Shown: positions 17,748 to 27,040 of the stretch, piece by piece | Layout: the number at the start of each line of letters is the position of its first letter | Numbering within the stretch: position 1 is the stretch's first letter | Source: Acidobacteriota bacterium | GTDB taxonomy: Bacteria; Acidobacteriota; UBA4820; DSQY01 | Length of the DNA stretch: 43,917 nucleotides | Reading direction: 5' to 3' | NCBI GenBank assembly: GCA_049967655.1 | Contig: JBMFSH010000022.1 | Location: forward strand, 1-43,917 | Program-made: the position numbers and the translations under genes | Notes under the pieces: generated by a model | What the model saw: the letters and a program-made list of their open reading frames with translations, nothing else | Databases searched by the model: none | Told to the model about the DNA's origin: nothing

Positions 17748-20003
17748 TCAGAATCCCTTGTACGGGTTCGGTCCCATCTCGCGGATCCGGTCCATGAAGT
17801 CGTTGATGAGCACGGGGAGCTTGCCGTACTCGTTGATGGCGAGCTGGGTCACCTGAATCCGCTCGGACTCCAGCTGGAGGCGCGTGAGGGTCTCCTTCAC
17901 GTTCTCCAGGCGCCGGTTGGCAAGCTCCGACCCCTTGGCAAAGTGGCACTGGTAGTCGTCTCCGTACTTGCAGCCGATGAGCATGATACCGTCGATGCCC
18001 CCTGAAAGGGCGTCGGCGATCCAGACGATGTTCATGGAGCCCAGACACCTGAGCGGGATGACCCTCACGCTCGGATCGTACTGGGCGTGGTTCATACCCG
18101 CGATGTCGAGGGCCGGGTAGGCGTCGTTCTCACACATGAAGACGAGCACCCGCGGCTTCTCCTCATCCTCCTCGGGCACCTCGACGGCCTTGATCATGGA
18201 GGCGATCATGTCCACCGAGTAGTTTTTGAAGGAGATGATGCGCTCCGGGCAGGCGCCCATGCAGATGCCGCAGCGCCGGCAGCGGTAGGGGTTGGGCTTG
18301 GGAGTTCCCTTGGCGTCCTCGTCGAGGGCGCCGAAGGGGCACTCCTCGGTGCACCGCTTGCATTGCGTGCAGCGCTGGAGGAAGAACTCGGGGAAGGAGA
18401 GGTCCCCGGCCCTGGGGTGGACGGCCTGGCCCTTGGAGGCAAGCTCCACCGACTGGATCGCCTTCATGGCGGCCCCCAGGGCGTCCTCCGCCGCGTGGGA
18501 GGAGTCCATCGGGGCCCGCACCGTACCCGCCGTGTAGATCCCCGTCCGCCGGGTCTCGTAGGGGAAGCAGACGAAGTGGGAGTCGGGGAAGCCGTAGCGC
18601 AGCACCGGAAGGTCGGGGCCCTGGCGGTAGGTCAGGTGGAGAATCTCCGTACCCTCGTGGTGCTTGAGCTCGGCGACCTTCTTCTCTGCTTCCTGGCGCT
18701 GCGTGTCCGATTCGTTGCGGAGCACCTTGGCCTCGGCGTCGTGCAGCTGCCGGATGGCCTCGCCGTCCGCCGAGTTGGGCACCATGCCCGTGGCCAGCAC
18801 CACCATGTCCACGGGGATCTGGACCCAGCCGCCGAGGAGGGTGTCCTTCACCTCGACGACGAGCCCGCCCTCGCCCTTGCGGACCGAGGCCACCTCTCCC
18901 TTGGTGAGGAAGGTGGCCGGGTGGTTCTGGGCCTTGGCGTAGTACTTCTCGTACTGACCCGGGGTGCGCATGTCCTTGTAAACGATGTAGGCCTTGGCGT
19001 CGGCGTTCTGCGCGTGCAGGTACTCAGCGTGCTTCAGGGTGGCCATGCAGCAGACCGAGGAGCAGTAGGGCAGGTGCTCCTTGTCCCGCGAGCCCGCGCA
19101 CTGGATGAAGAGCACGCTTTGGGGCGGCTTGCCGTCCGAGGGGCGGGTGATGGCTCCCGATGCCGCCATGCGCTCGAACTCCACGTTGGTCACCACGTCC
19201 GGGCTCAGCCCGTAGCCGAGGTGGCCGAGCTTGGTGGCGTCGTAAGGCTTCCAGCCCGTCGCCATGATGATGGAGCCGACCCGGAAGGACTTGGAGACGC
19301 CCTCCACCTCCACGGTCACGTCGAACATGCCCGGCTGGCCCTCCGTCTTGACGATGTTGGCGGAGGTCAGGACGGTGATCTTGGAGTGGTAGGTGACCGC
19401 CTGGATCTTCTCGGCCATGCCGTCGGTCGAGAGCTCCGTGTAGGGCGGCGTCTGCGGGAAGCGGCTCTTCAGCGTGCCCACAAAACCACCGAGCTGCGCC
19501 TGCTTCTCCACGAGGGTCACCTCGTAGCCCGCCGCCGCCGCCTCCAGGGCCGCCGTCATGCCCGCCACGCCGCCGCCCACCACCAGGATGGTCTTGGAGA
19601 TGGCCTCGGAGACCGGCGCCAGGGGTTCGCTCTTCTGGGCCTTGACGATACCCATGCGGAGGTAGTCCTCCGCCATCATCTGCGTGTCCTCGTCCTTGGG
19701 CTTCTGGCACCACGCCACGTGCTCGCGGAGATTGACGCGCTCCATGATGACGGCCGTGGGGTCGAAGGAGAAGGCCGCCGTCTTCACGCGGGGAGAGCAG
19801 GCGGCGATGACCGCCGTGTTGACCGTCCCCTCCTCCAGATCCTTGCGGATCTGCGCCACGCTTTCGGTGCCGCAGAGGAAGGGATGCACCCGGCAGACGG
19901 GCACCTTGTACTCCTTCTGGGCCACCTTGGCGAGCTTCTCCATGTCCAGCGATTCGCCGATGGAGCAACCGCTACAGAGGTAGACGCCGAGCTTCTTATC
20001 CAT
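17748..20003 (-). CDS. qmoB: QmoB, HdrA-like flavoprotein with MvhD domain
   Basis: GGGVAG FAD site, CAGSRD..LPYCSSVCC, CTQCKRCTEECP, CENDAYPA, GCKYGDDYQCHF. Confidence 0.96.
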   Translation of the reverse strand: MDKKLGVYLCSGCSIGESLDMEKLAKVAQKEYKVPVCRVHPFLCGTESVAQIRKDLEEGTVNTAVIAACSPRVKTAAFSFDPTAVIMERVNLREHVAWCQKPKDEDTQMMAEDYLRMGIVKAQKSEPLAPVSEAISKTILVVGGGVAGMTAALEAAAAGYEVTLVEKQAQLGGFVGTLKSRFPQTPPYTELSTDGMAEKIQAVTYHSKITVLTSANIVKTEGQPGMFDVTVEVEGVSKSFRVGSIIMATGWKPYDATKLGHLGYGLSPDVVTNVEFERMAASGAITRPSDGKPPQSVLFIQCAGSRDKEHLPYCSSVCCMATLKHAEYLHAQNADAKAYIVYKDMRTPGQYEKYYAKAQNHPATFLTKGEVASVRKGEGGLVVEVKDTLLGGWVQIPVDMVVLATGMVPNSADGEAIRQLHDAEAKVLRNESDTQRQEAEKKVAELKHHEGTEILHLTYRQGPDLPVLRYGFPDSHFVCFPYETRRTGIYTAGTVRAPMDSSHAAEDALGAAMKAIQSVELASKGQAVHPRAGDLSFPEFFLQRCTQCKRCTEECPFGALDEDAKGTPKPNPYRCRRCGICMGACPERIISFKNYSVDMIASMIKAVEVPEEDEEKPRVLVFMCENDAYPALDIAGMNHAQYDPSVRVIPLRCLGSMNIVWIADALSGGIDGIMLIGCKYGDDYQCHFAKGSELANRRLENVKETLTRLQLESERIQVTQLAINEYGKLPVLINDFMDRIREMGPNPYKGF

Positions 20004-21276
20004 GGTGGGCGCTCCTTACGACACACTGGTAAGCCTTCAAGGCGGCGCCGGTGGCGTCCTGGACCGTGGCGGAGACCTCCTCGGGGCGCCGCACGCACCC
20101 GGCCCCGTAGAGGCCCGTCTTGCCCTCGGGGACCGCGATGAAACGGAACTCGTCCAGGGTGAAGCCGGCGGGCAGGCCGTCGGTATTGGGGACGATGCCC
20201 GTGGCCAGGACCACCATGTTGAAGCGCCGGGTGATCTTTTTGCCACCCAGCACGTCCTCGGCGGTGACCAGTAGGTCGTGGGTCGCCGGGTCCTCTTCCA
20301 CCTTGGCGACCTTTCCCTTCAAGAGCTCCACCCCCCGTTCGTCGGTGGCCTTACGGTAGAAGTCCTCCAGCCGTCCTGGCGTGCGGATGTCGATGTAGAA
20401 CACGGTGGCCTCGATGGCCGGATCCTGGTCCTTCAGGTAGATGCTCTGCTTGAGCGAGGCCGAGCAGCAGACGGCTGAGCAGTAGGGCAGGTGGTTCTCG
20501 TCCCGGGAGCCCGCGCACTGCACGAAGGCCACGGACTTGGGCTGGGCCTGATCGGAGGGCCTGAGGATCTTTCCGGCGGTGGGCCCGTTGGGGGCGGCGA
20601 GCCGCTCCATGATGACGTTGGTCACCACGTTGGGGAAGCGGCCAAACCCGAGGTTGTCGATCTTGTTGGCGTCGTAGGGCGCCCAACCCGTGGCGGCCAC
20701 CACGCTGGCCACCTCGAAGACCTTCTCCTCCGGCTTCTGCGCCAGGTCCACGGCGCCGTAGGTGCAAGCCTCTGCGCAGGCGCTGCAGCCCTCCTTGCAG
20801 GCCGCCCGGTCGATGGCGTAGGCCGCCGGGAAGGCCATGGAGTGAGGAAGGTAGGCCGCCTTCGTGGTGCAGAGTCCCAGGTTGTAATCGTCGGCCCGCT
20901 CGGCCGGGCAGACCTCGGCGCACTTGCCGCAGAGGGTGCACGCGTCGGTTACGAACCTGGGTGATACCTTGACGGTCGCCCGGTAGTCCCCCGGCGTGCC
21001 CGTCACCTCGGCCACCTCGGCCTGGGTAAGCACCGTGATCCGGGCGTTGTTCTTGATGCGCTTGAAATTGATCTCCAGCCCGCAGGTCGGCGGACAGAGC
21101 TTGGGGAAGTACTGGTTGATCCGGGCGACGCGGCCCCCCAGGGTCGGAGCCTTCTCGACGAGGACGACGTCGCAGCCGGTCTCCGCCGCCTCGATGGCGG
21201 TAGTCATGCCCGCGATCCCCCCTCCGATCACCAGGATCCCTTTGCCGTTGGGACTCTCAGTCGCTGGTTGCATCAT
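19996..21276 (-). CDS. qmoA: QmoA, HdrA-like flavoprotein
   Basis: GGGIAG, YFPKLCPPTCGLEIN, CAGSRDENHLPYCSAVCC, QDATGAALKA. Confidence 0.96.
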   Translation of the reverse strand: MMQPATESPNGKGILVIGGGIAGMTTAIEAAETGCDVVLVEKAPTLGGRVARINQYFPKLCPPTCGLEINFKRIKNNARITVLTQAEVAEVTGTPGDYRATVKVSPRFVTDACTLCGKCAEVCPAERADDYNLGLCTTKAAYLPHSMAFPAAYAIDRAACKEGCSACAEACTYGAVDLAQKPEEKVFEVASVVAATGWAPYDANKIDNLGFGRFPNVVTNVIMERLAAPNGPTAGKILRPSDQAQPKSVAFVQCAGSRDENHLPYCSAVCCSASLKQSIYLKDQDPAIEATVFYIDIRTPGRLEDFYRKATDERGVELLKGKVAKVEEDPATHDLLVTAEDVLGGKKITRRFNMVVLATGIVPNTDGLPAGFTLDEFRFIAVPEGKTGLYGAGCVRRPEEVSATVQDATGAALKAYQCVVRSAHHG

Positions 21277-21300
21277 GCCTTTTCCTGCCTCTCCGAAGGC

Positions 21301-22137
21301 TCAACGGGCCGGGGAAACCGCCGGTTCTTCCGCGCCGGCCGCCCTCTGCCTGGCCTCCATGACCGAATGCCGGACCCTCATGGTCTTATCGCCGAACAGG
21401 CTGAACCGCAGCCACTGCATGGCGAAATCCAACAGCTCCTCGTCGTCTGTCCGCAGGGCCTCGACCCTCGCCTCATCCACGTCGAAGTACTCGAGGAACC
21501 GGCTCTCGAAGACGAAGCGACGGAACCGGTCCAGGTCGTAGCAGGCCATGTAGAGCATGTCCAGCTGGGCCGGCGTGAGCGCCTCGCCCTTCTTGGTCCA
21601 TTCCGGGTGGAGCATGAGCGCCTTGAAGGAGGCACCCATCATGTCGTACTCCTCGATGCCCTGGTCCAGGACCCACTCCCGAACGGACCAGCTCCGGCCT
21701 TCGCCGTGGCCCTTGCAGAGCTCCTCGCGAATCAGGAAGTGGAAGCCGTGCTCGTCGGGATTGGGGTTCTGCGGTTCGGCGGCGCCAAGGGGATACATGC
21801 GGCACGCCCACGGGCGGTTCCCGTAGACCGTGCATCCCCTCTCGCCCACGAAGGGGCACCGCTTCTCCTCTCCCTGCATCTTCAGGAGGACCACCGGAAA
21901 TCTTGGCTTCTCGGTGAAGCCGCTCAGCGTGTGCTTCTCAAGAAATTCTGAGGAATCCATGCGCAGGGCGCGCGTCAATCTAAGGACGTCGTAAGGGGTG
22001 AGCACGATGGAGACGTCCTGACAGCAACGGGTAAAGCAGGAGACGCCCGGCCGGCACTCGAAGGTGAACCGGTCGTCGGGTCCCATGCGGGGATAGTCTT
22101 TCAGGATCTTATCGCGGGTTACGCCGTTTTCACTCAT
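21301..22137 (-). CDS. YkgJ-like cysteine-cluster (Zn/Fe-chelating) protein
   Basis: [14 protein letters not shown] and [20 protein letters not shown] motifs. Confidence 0.85.
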   Translation of the reverse strand: MSENGVTRDKILKDYPRMGPDDRFTFECRPGVSCFTRCCQDVSIVLTPYDVLRLTRALRMDSSEFLEKHTLSGFTEKPRFPVVLLKMQGEEKRCPFVGERGCTVYGNRPWACRMYPLGAAEPQNPNPDEHGFHFLIREELCKGHGEGRSWSVREWVLDQGIEEYDMMGASFKALMLHPEWTKKGEALTPAQLDMLYMACYDLDRFRRFVFESRFLEYFDVDEARVEALRTDDEELLDFAMQWLRFSLFGDKTMRVRHSVMEARQRAAGAEEPAVSPAR

Positions 22138-22417
22138 GGGGGGTTCCCTCTTCGGTCAGGATACTGCTGCGCAGGGCCTCCCTCGACCAGACGGGAAGCG
22201 GGCCCGTCTCCCCTGTGCCGGGATCCAGGCGGTGGCGGTAGGAGGCCGATACGTTGTAGTGATCGCGCATCCAGTCCCAACCCCGCACGAAGTAGGGGCA
22301 CTCGTCGTTGAAGCAGACGAACTGGTACTCGCCGCTCCACGAGCCGAGGCTGGGGTTGGCCCATTTCTCCATGGGCTTCTGGCAGTGGGGGCACCGGACA
22401 TCCGATTCTGACTGCAT
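22130..22417 (-). CDS. Small zinc-finger-like protein (95 aa)
   Basis: CPHC ... [16 protein letters not shown] before ATG 22417; 8-nt overlap with the next gene. Confidence 0.75.
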   Translation of the reverse strand: MQSESDVRCPHCQKPMEKWANPSLGSWSGEYQFVCFNDECPYFVRGWDWMRDHYNVSASYRHRLDPGTGETGPLPVWSREALRSSILTEEGTPHE

Positions 22418-22433
22418 GGCAGCATCCTCCTTG

Positions 22434-22473
22434 AAAAGTAGAGAGGTCCCCGCCCCCCCGCGGGGACCTCTCT
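22434..22473 (-). terminator. Strong hairpin / partial terminator after aprA
   Basis: Perfect 14-bp stem AGAGAGGTCCCCGC / GCGGGGACCTCTCT followed by ACTTTT on the minus strand. Confidence 0.65.
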
Positions 22474-22485
22474 TCGATGCCGATC

Positions 22486-24381
22486 CTAGAAGATGCGATG
22501 GATCGGGCGTTTGATCATTTCCCAATTGCCGTTCTTGGGATCGTACTTGCAGTTGGCGAAGCAGAGCCAGTTCTGTTCGTCGATCTTGGGCTTGTCGGCG
22601 CGGAAGTAGTAACCGGGCCAGCGGGTCTCTTCGCGGAACAGCATGGTGCGGACGTGGGCCTCGGCCTGCCACATGCGTTGGACGTTCTCCCAGCAGCGCA
22701 TGAGTTCATGCAGGTTGGACGCGCCCAGCTTGTCCGAGTCTTCCTTGAGGAGGGCGAGGAGCTCCAGAGCCCTTTCGAGCTGAGCCTTGTTGACGGTGAA
22801 GTTGGAGGTCACGCCGCCGGCGTACTCGTCCATGATCTTCTGGAGGCGGAACATGAACATCTTGGGTTTGATGTAGTTGGGGTTGACCTCGGAGTCCGTG
22901 GTGGCGTTCTTGAAGGCTTCGAAGGTGTCCATGGGCTTGAGGATCTCGGCCTTCATGGCATCCACCGTGGCCTGGTCCACCTTGGGCATGGTGTTGTTCT
23001 CGAGGATGAACTTCACGGCGGCCTTGGCGGCAATGCGGCCCTCGGCGTGCGACCCGGAGGAGAACTTGTGGCTGGAGGCGCCGGAGGCGTCGCCCGCGCA
23101 GAAGAGGCCCTTCACCGTCGACATGTTGTCGTAGCCCCAGAAGTAGTCGTTCTTGGTGCCGGCGGTCTGGAGGTCGGCGGGACCGCTGACCCAGGCGCCG
23201 GAGGCACCGGAGTGGGAGCCGATGAAGTAGGGCTCGGCCGCCGCGATCTCGGAGGACTTCTCCTCGGGCTGCACGTTGCTCGCCGCCCAGAGGATGGCCT
23301 GGGAGATGGTCATGTCGAGGAAGTCCTCCCACGCCTCGGACTCGAGCTCCTTCATCTTTTTCTTGTAGGCCTTCTCGTCGTCCTTGTACTGCTCGGCGAT
23401 CTTCTGGATGGCCTCCTCGGTGCGCATGAACAGGGGGCCCTTGCCTTCGGTGCAGTCAAGCATGCCGAGGTAGTTGCGCAGGTTGGCGGGGATGGGCTTC
23501 ACACGGCCGTACGGTCCCCAGTTCTCCAGCTCGGGCTTGCGCTCCACCATGTACTCACCGCCCATGGCGTTGGTCGCGCGGGACTTGAAGAGCAGGAACC
23601 AGGCACCCACGGGGCCGTAAGCGTCCTTGAAGCGGACCGGGATGAAGCGTACTTCCTGGCAGGTCATCTCGGCGCCGGCCTTCAGGGTGAAATAGGCGGA
23701 GGAGCCGGAGTTCCACGGCGGATACCAGGCGCGGCCGAGGCCTTCGCCGGCGCTCCTGGGCTTGAAGACGTGGACGGCACCGCCCATGGCGGTCAGGACG
23801 GCCTTCGCCTTGAAGGTGTAGAACTTGTTCTCGCGCACCGAGAAGCCCACGGCTCCGGCGATGCGGTCGCCGTCCATGATGGGCCCCACGATGAAGACGC
23901 GCTCGAAGATCTGGCCCACGCCGCTCTGAAGCAGCGCGTTCTTGGCGGCCTCGGCCACGATGACCTTGTAGGACTCGCCGTTGATCATGAGCTGCCAGCG
24001 GCCCTCGTGAACGTAGGCGCCCTTCTCGTCCTTCCAGATGGGCAGGCCCCACTTCTCGAAGAGGTGCACGGTGGAGTCCACGTGCCGGGCGATGTTGGCC
24101 ACCAGGTCCTCGCGGGTCACGCCCATGAGGTCGTTGCGGACGTAATCGACGTAGTCCTTGACGGTGTTGGCGCCGTCCTTCAGGCCCACGTACTGGTTGA
24201 TGGCGGAAAGGCCCATGGCCACGGCGCCGGAACGATCCATGGCGGCCTTGTCCACGAGGGTCACCTTCAGGCCGTTCTTTTTGGCCCAGTAGGCGGCCTC
24301 TACCGCGGCCCCGCAGGCGGACATCCCGCCCCCGAGGATCAGCAGATCAGTCTCGACGGTAACGTTTTCGAAGTTGGCCAT
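22486..24381 (-). CDS. aprA: Adenylylsulfate reductase alpha subunit
   Basis: [59 protein letters not shown]. Confidence 0.98.
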   Translation of the reverse strand: MANFENVTVETDLLILGGGMSACGAAVEAAYWAKKNGLKVTLVDKAAMDRSGAVAMGLSAINQYVGLKDGANTVKDYVDYVRNDLMGVTREDLVANIARHVDSTVHLFEKWGLPIWKDEKGAYVHEGRWQLMINGESYKVIVAEAAKNALLQSGVGQIFERVFIVGPIMDGDRIAGAVGFSVRENKFYTFKAKAVLTAMGGAVHVFKPRSAGEGLGRAWYPPWNSGSSAYFTLKAGAEMTCQEVRFIPVRFKDAYGPVGAWFLLFKSRATNAMGGEYMVERKPELENWGPYGRVKPIPANLRNYLGMLDCTEGKGPLFMRTEEAIQKIAEQYKDDEKAYKKKMKELESEAWEDFLDMTISQAILWAASNVQPEEKSSEIAAAEPYFIGSHSGASGAWVSGPADLQTAGTKNDYFWGYDNMSTVKGLFCAGDASGASSHKFSSGSHAEGRIAAKAAVKFILENNTMPKVDQATVDAMKAEILKPMDTFEAFKNATTDSEVNPNYIKPKMFMFRLQKIMDEYAGGVTSNFTVNKAQLERALELLALLKEDSDKLGASNLHELMRCWENVQRMWQAEAHVRTMLFREETRWPGYYFRADKPKIDEQNWLCFANCKYDPKNGNWEMIKRPIHRIF

Positions 24382-24396
24382 CTCTACTCTCCCCCT

Positions 24397-24837
24397 TTAC
24401 TTGTTCAGCGTGAATACTTCGGCCATGCCAGTCGAAGCGGGTTCGGTGAAGAGGGCCGGGCTGTTGATGTCCCCCTTGGATTCGAAGCCGCCGTCCGGAA
24501 CCGCGGAGCCCTCAGCCGTCGTCCGAATGGGGAACTTGAAGCGCTTGAGCATGCCGTTGCGGAATTTGACGGTCCACATGATGGAATCGGTGGAGCGCAG
24601 CGGCGTCACCTGGGCGCCCATGGGGACGAAGTCCGCGTAGCCGCGGATCTCGATGGCCTGGGTCGGGCAGATCTTGACGCAGTTGTAGCACTCCCAGCAC
24701 ATGGCCACGTCCCGGTTGAAGGCCTTCATCTTCTCTTTGTCCAGGACCATCAGGTCGTTGGGGCAAATGTACTGGCAAGCGGTCTTGTCCAGCGCTTTGC
24801 ACCCGTCGCACTTCTCGGGGTTCACATAACTTGGCAT
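24397..24837 (-). CDS. aprB: Adenylylsulfate reductase beta subunit
   Basis: MPSYV..CDGC..TACQYICP, CWECYNCVKICP, RGYADFVP, KRFKFPIRTT; GGAGG RBS before ATG 24837. Confidence 0.97.
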   Translation of the reverse strand: MPSYVNPEKCDGCKALDKTACQYICPNDLMVLDKEKMKAFNRDVAMCWECYNCVKICPTQAIEIRGYADFVPMGAQVTPLRSTDSIMWTVKFRNGMLKRFKFPIRTTAEGSAVPDGGFESKGDINSPALFTEPASTGMAEVFTLNK

Positions 24838-25076
24838 CAGGTCACCTCCTAGATACGACGTCCAAAAGGCCAATCCACGTTCCGCATTTCCGGTCCCGGC
24901 GGCCCTTGGCCCTTTCCGCCACCGGTTCCCCCACCTCTCAAAAGTGCGTACCTCTCCTCTGGGGGCGAGCCCCCTGTTTTTTGCCCCCCCGGGGACCACG
25001 TCCCGGCTGTTGGGGCCATCGTCCTGAATTACTTTGGGTTTTGAGCGTTGCCCAAAGCCCCGCCAGAGCCACACTC

Positions 25077-25106
25077 AATGTAGCCCCCCCCATTTTCGGG
25101 GGTCAA
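25077..25106 (-). promoter_or_regulatory. Putative sigma70 promoter of aprB operon
   Basis: Minus strand TTGACC-N18-TACATT. Confidence 0.55.
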
Positions 25107-25131
25107 CGAACGGGTGGCTCAGCGGGGTATC

Positions 25132-25149
25132 TTGGGTGATATGTCACAA
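25132..25149. promoter_or_regulatory. Rex- or CRP/FNR-like palindromic operator
   Basis: TTGGGTGATATGTCACAA matches 14/18 positions of TTGTGAAATATTTCACAA. Confidence 0.5.
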
Positions 25150-25388
25150 AGAGGGACTTCCCCGACGGTCTTTCCGTTCGAGTTCACCAATTTTATCCCT
25201 TATTAGTCAGGCAATTATGACACACCCTCGGGCCGTGGATTATAAGGCTCATGCACAGATCGATTCATTATGATACATCTCTGTTCAGATCGCCCTTCGG
25301 AACCGGCCCCGCTCCTTGACGGTCACGCTTTGCCTCCATACACTCGGTGCGGCCGCTGGGGCAGCGGCCGCACGAGGGGGGAAGGGGC

Positions 25389-26564
25389 GTGGTCACCCGG
25401 AAAAGCCTGGCACTCACCTTCTTCTTGATCGGATTGACCTCCTACGGGGGGCCGGCCATCGTCGCCCAGATCCGGCAGGTGGTCGTCTTGAAAAGACGCT
25501 GGCTCACCGAGGAGGAATTCCAAGAGTCCCTCGCCTTCTGCCAGACCATCCCAGGCCCCATCGCGGTCCAGACGGCCGCTCACATCGGATGGAGGATGTA
25601 CGGAGGGCTGGGCGAGGCGATCGCCCTAACGGCCTACGTGTTTCCCGCCTTCGGCCTCATGCTGGCCCTTTCCGCCGCCTACTTCCGCTTCGGCTCCGTT
25701 CCCCTCGTGGCGGCCGTCTTCAAGGGGCTGGGGGCCGTGGTCGTGGGCATCGTGGCCGAATCCATCCTCTCCATGACCCAGTCCGCCCTGAGGGATTGGA
25801 AGGGGTTGCTTATCGCCTCGGCGGCGGCGGCCGCCTTCTTCACGCGGCAGAGCACGCTGCTGGTCCTGTTCGGGTCGGCCGCGATTGGAGCGCTTTGGAT
25901 CGGCGGGCCGCCGTGGCGCTGGCGCGCGGGCCAGACGGAGGGGGTTGCGGCCACGGGGAACCGCACCCCCTGGCGGGAAACGGTGGCGTGGGCGTCGGGG
26001 GTGGGGCTCCTCTTCGCCGCCCTTGTGGCGGCATCGGGGTTCCTTCAGCCCCTCTTCCCGGCCCTGGGGCTGGTCATGGTAAAGGTCAACCTGCTGGCCT
26101 TCGGGGGGGGCTACACGGCAGTGGCCCTCATGTACGAGCAGGTCGTCGCCTCGCACGCCTGGCTCACGGCCAAGGAGTTCATCGATGGCCTAGCCCTCGG
26201 CCAAATCACACCGGGGCCGGTCATCGTCACGGCCACCTTCATCGGGTACAAGGTGGGCGGCGTGGGGGGAAGCTGCTTCGCCACCCTGTGCGTCTTCTTG
26301 CCCTCCTCTCTCCTGATGGCGGTTTTGGCTCCCCAATTCCAGCGGATCCGCCGATACGCCGTGGTGGGTGCGGCGGTGCGCGGCCTGCTCGCCGCCTTCA
26401 TCGCCATGCTCTTCCTGGTGCTCTGGCAGGTGGGCAAAGCCTCCCTCCTCGACTGGCCCACGGTGGTCATGGCGCTGGCCGCGCTGACCGCGCTTCGTCT
26501 CAAGGTGAACCCCGTGTGGGTGATCCTCGCGGCCCTGGGGGTGGCCGCGGTGTTCTTCCGGTGA
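25389..26564 (+). CDS. chrA: Chromate ion transporter (CHR family, two-domain)
   Basis: SYGGPA ... IPGPIA and AFGGGY ... ITPGPV duplicated motifs; multi-TM; GTG start chosen by RBS. Confidence 0.9.
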   Translation: MVTRKSLALTFFLIGLTSYGGPAIVAQIRQVVVLKRRWLTEEEFQESLAFCQTIPGPIAVQTAAHIGWRMYGGLGEAIALTAYVFPAFGLMLALSAAYFRFGSVPLVAAVFKGLGAVVVGIVAESILSMTQSALRDWKGLLIASAAAAAFFTRQSTLLVLFGSAAIGALWIGGPPWRWRAGQTEGVAATGNRTPWRETVAWASGVGLLFAALVAASGFLQPLFPALGLVMVKVNLLAFGGGYTAVALMYEQVVASHAWLTAKEFIDGLALGQITPGPVIVTATFIGYKVGGVGGSCFATLCVFLPSSLLMAVLAPQFQRIRRYAVVGAAVRGLLAAFIAMLFLVLWQVGKASLLDWPTVVMALAALTALRLKVNPVWVILAALGVAAVFFR

Positions 26565-26692
26565 GCCGAGGGCTGGCGGGCGCGAGAGGGGAGACGCCAG
26601 AGGCAGGAGACTTCGCCGAAACATCGGAGTGCTGCCGAGGCCTTGTGGTACTCCTCCGGCTCCTGCCCTCGCCTGCTCCGACCCCGCCGGCT

Positions 26693-27040
26693 TCAATGCC
26701 CGGAGTTTTCCAGCTCCTGCTGGCGCGTGATGTTCATGAGGCGCAGGGCGACGTGCACGCCGCCGCGGTCCCTGTACACGATCCGGACCTCGTCCCCTAC
26801 GGCCGGCTCGCTCCCGATCTCCGCCTGGGCCACATCGAAGGTGGCGGCGGGCTCTCCGGGCTGCGACTCGTTCTGAACGCTCACCTGTTTTCCGTCCGCG
26901 CTCACGGCCGTCACCTTCCCTTGCACCACGGGAGCCGTGGCCACACACGCCACGGCGAGCAACGCCACGAGCAGGAGGGCCACCGAACGGGCGGCCCGGA
27001 GGACCCCCTGGGGACCGCGGTTTCTCGTTCCGAAGCTCAT
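26693..27040 (-). CDS. Small secreted/lipoprotein (OB-fold-like, DUF4881-like)
   Basis: Hydrophobic signal ending LLAVAC; VVQGKVTAV ... MNITRQ; ATGA overlap with the TauE gene stop. Confidence 0.65.
   Translation of the reverse strand: MSFGTRNRGPQGVLRAARSVALLLVALLAVACVATAPVVQGKVTAVSADGKQVSVQNESQPGEPAATFDVAQAEIGSEPAVGDEVRIVYRDRGGVHVALRLMNITRQQELENSGH

Noticed and set aside
7512..24852. Long plus-strand ORFs (e.g. 7512..9941, 11407..13212, 15861..17729, 18087..20141, 22477..24852)
   Set aside because: Antisense shadows of well-supported genes in high-GC DNA; no motifs.
24838..25074. 79-aa N-terminal extension of AprB in the ORF track
   Set aside because: Canonical MPSYV start with RBS at 24837; the extension is leader sequence.
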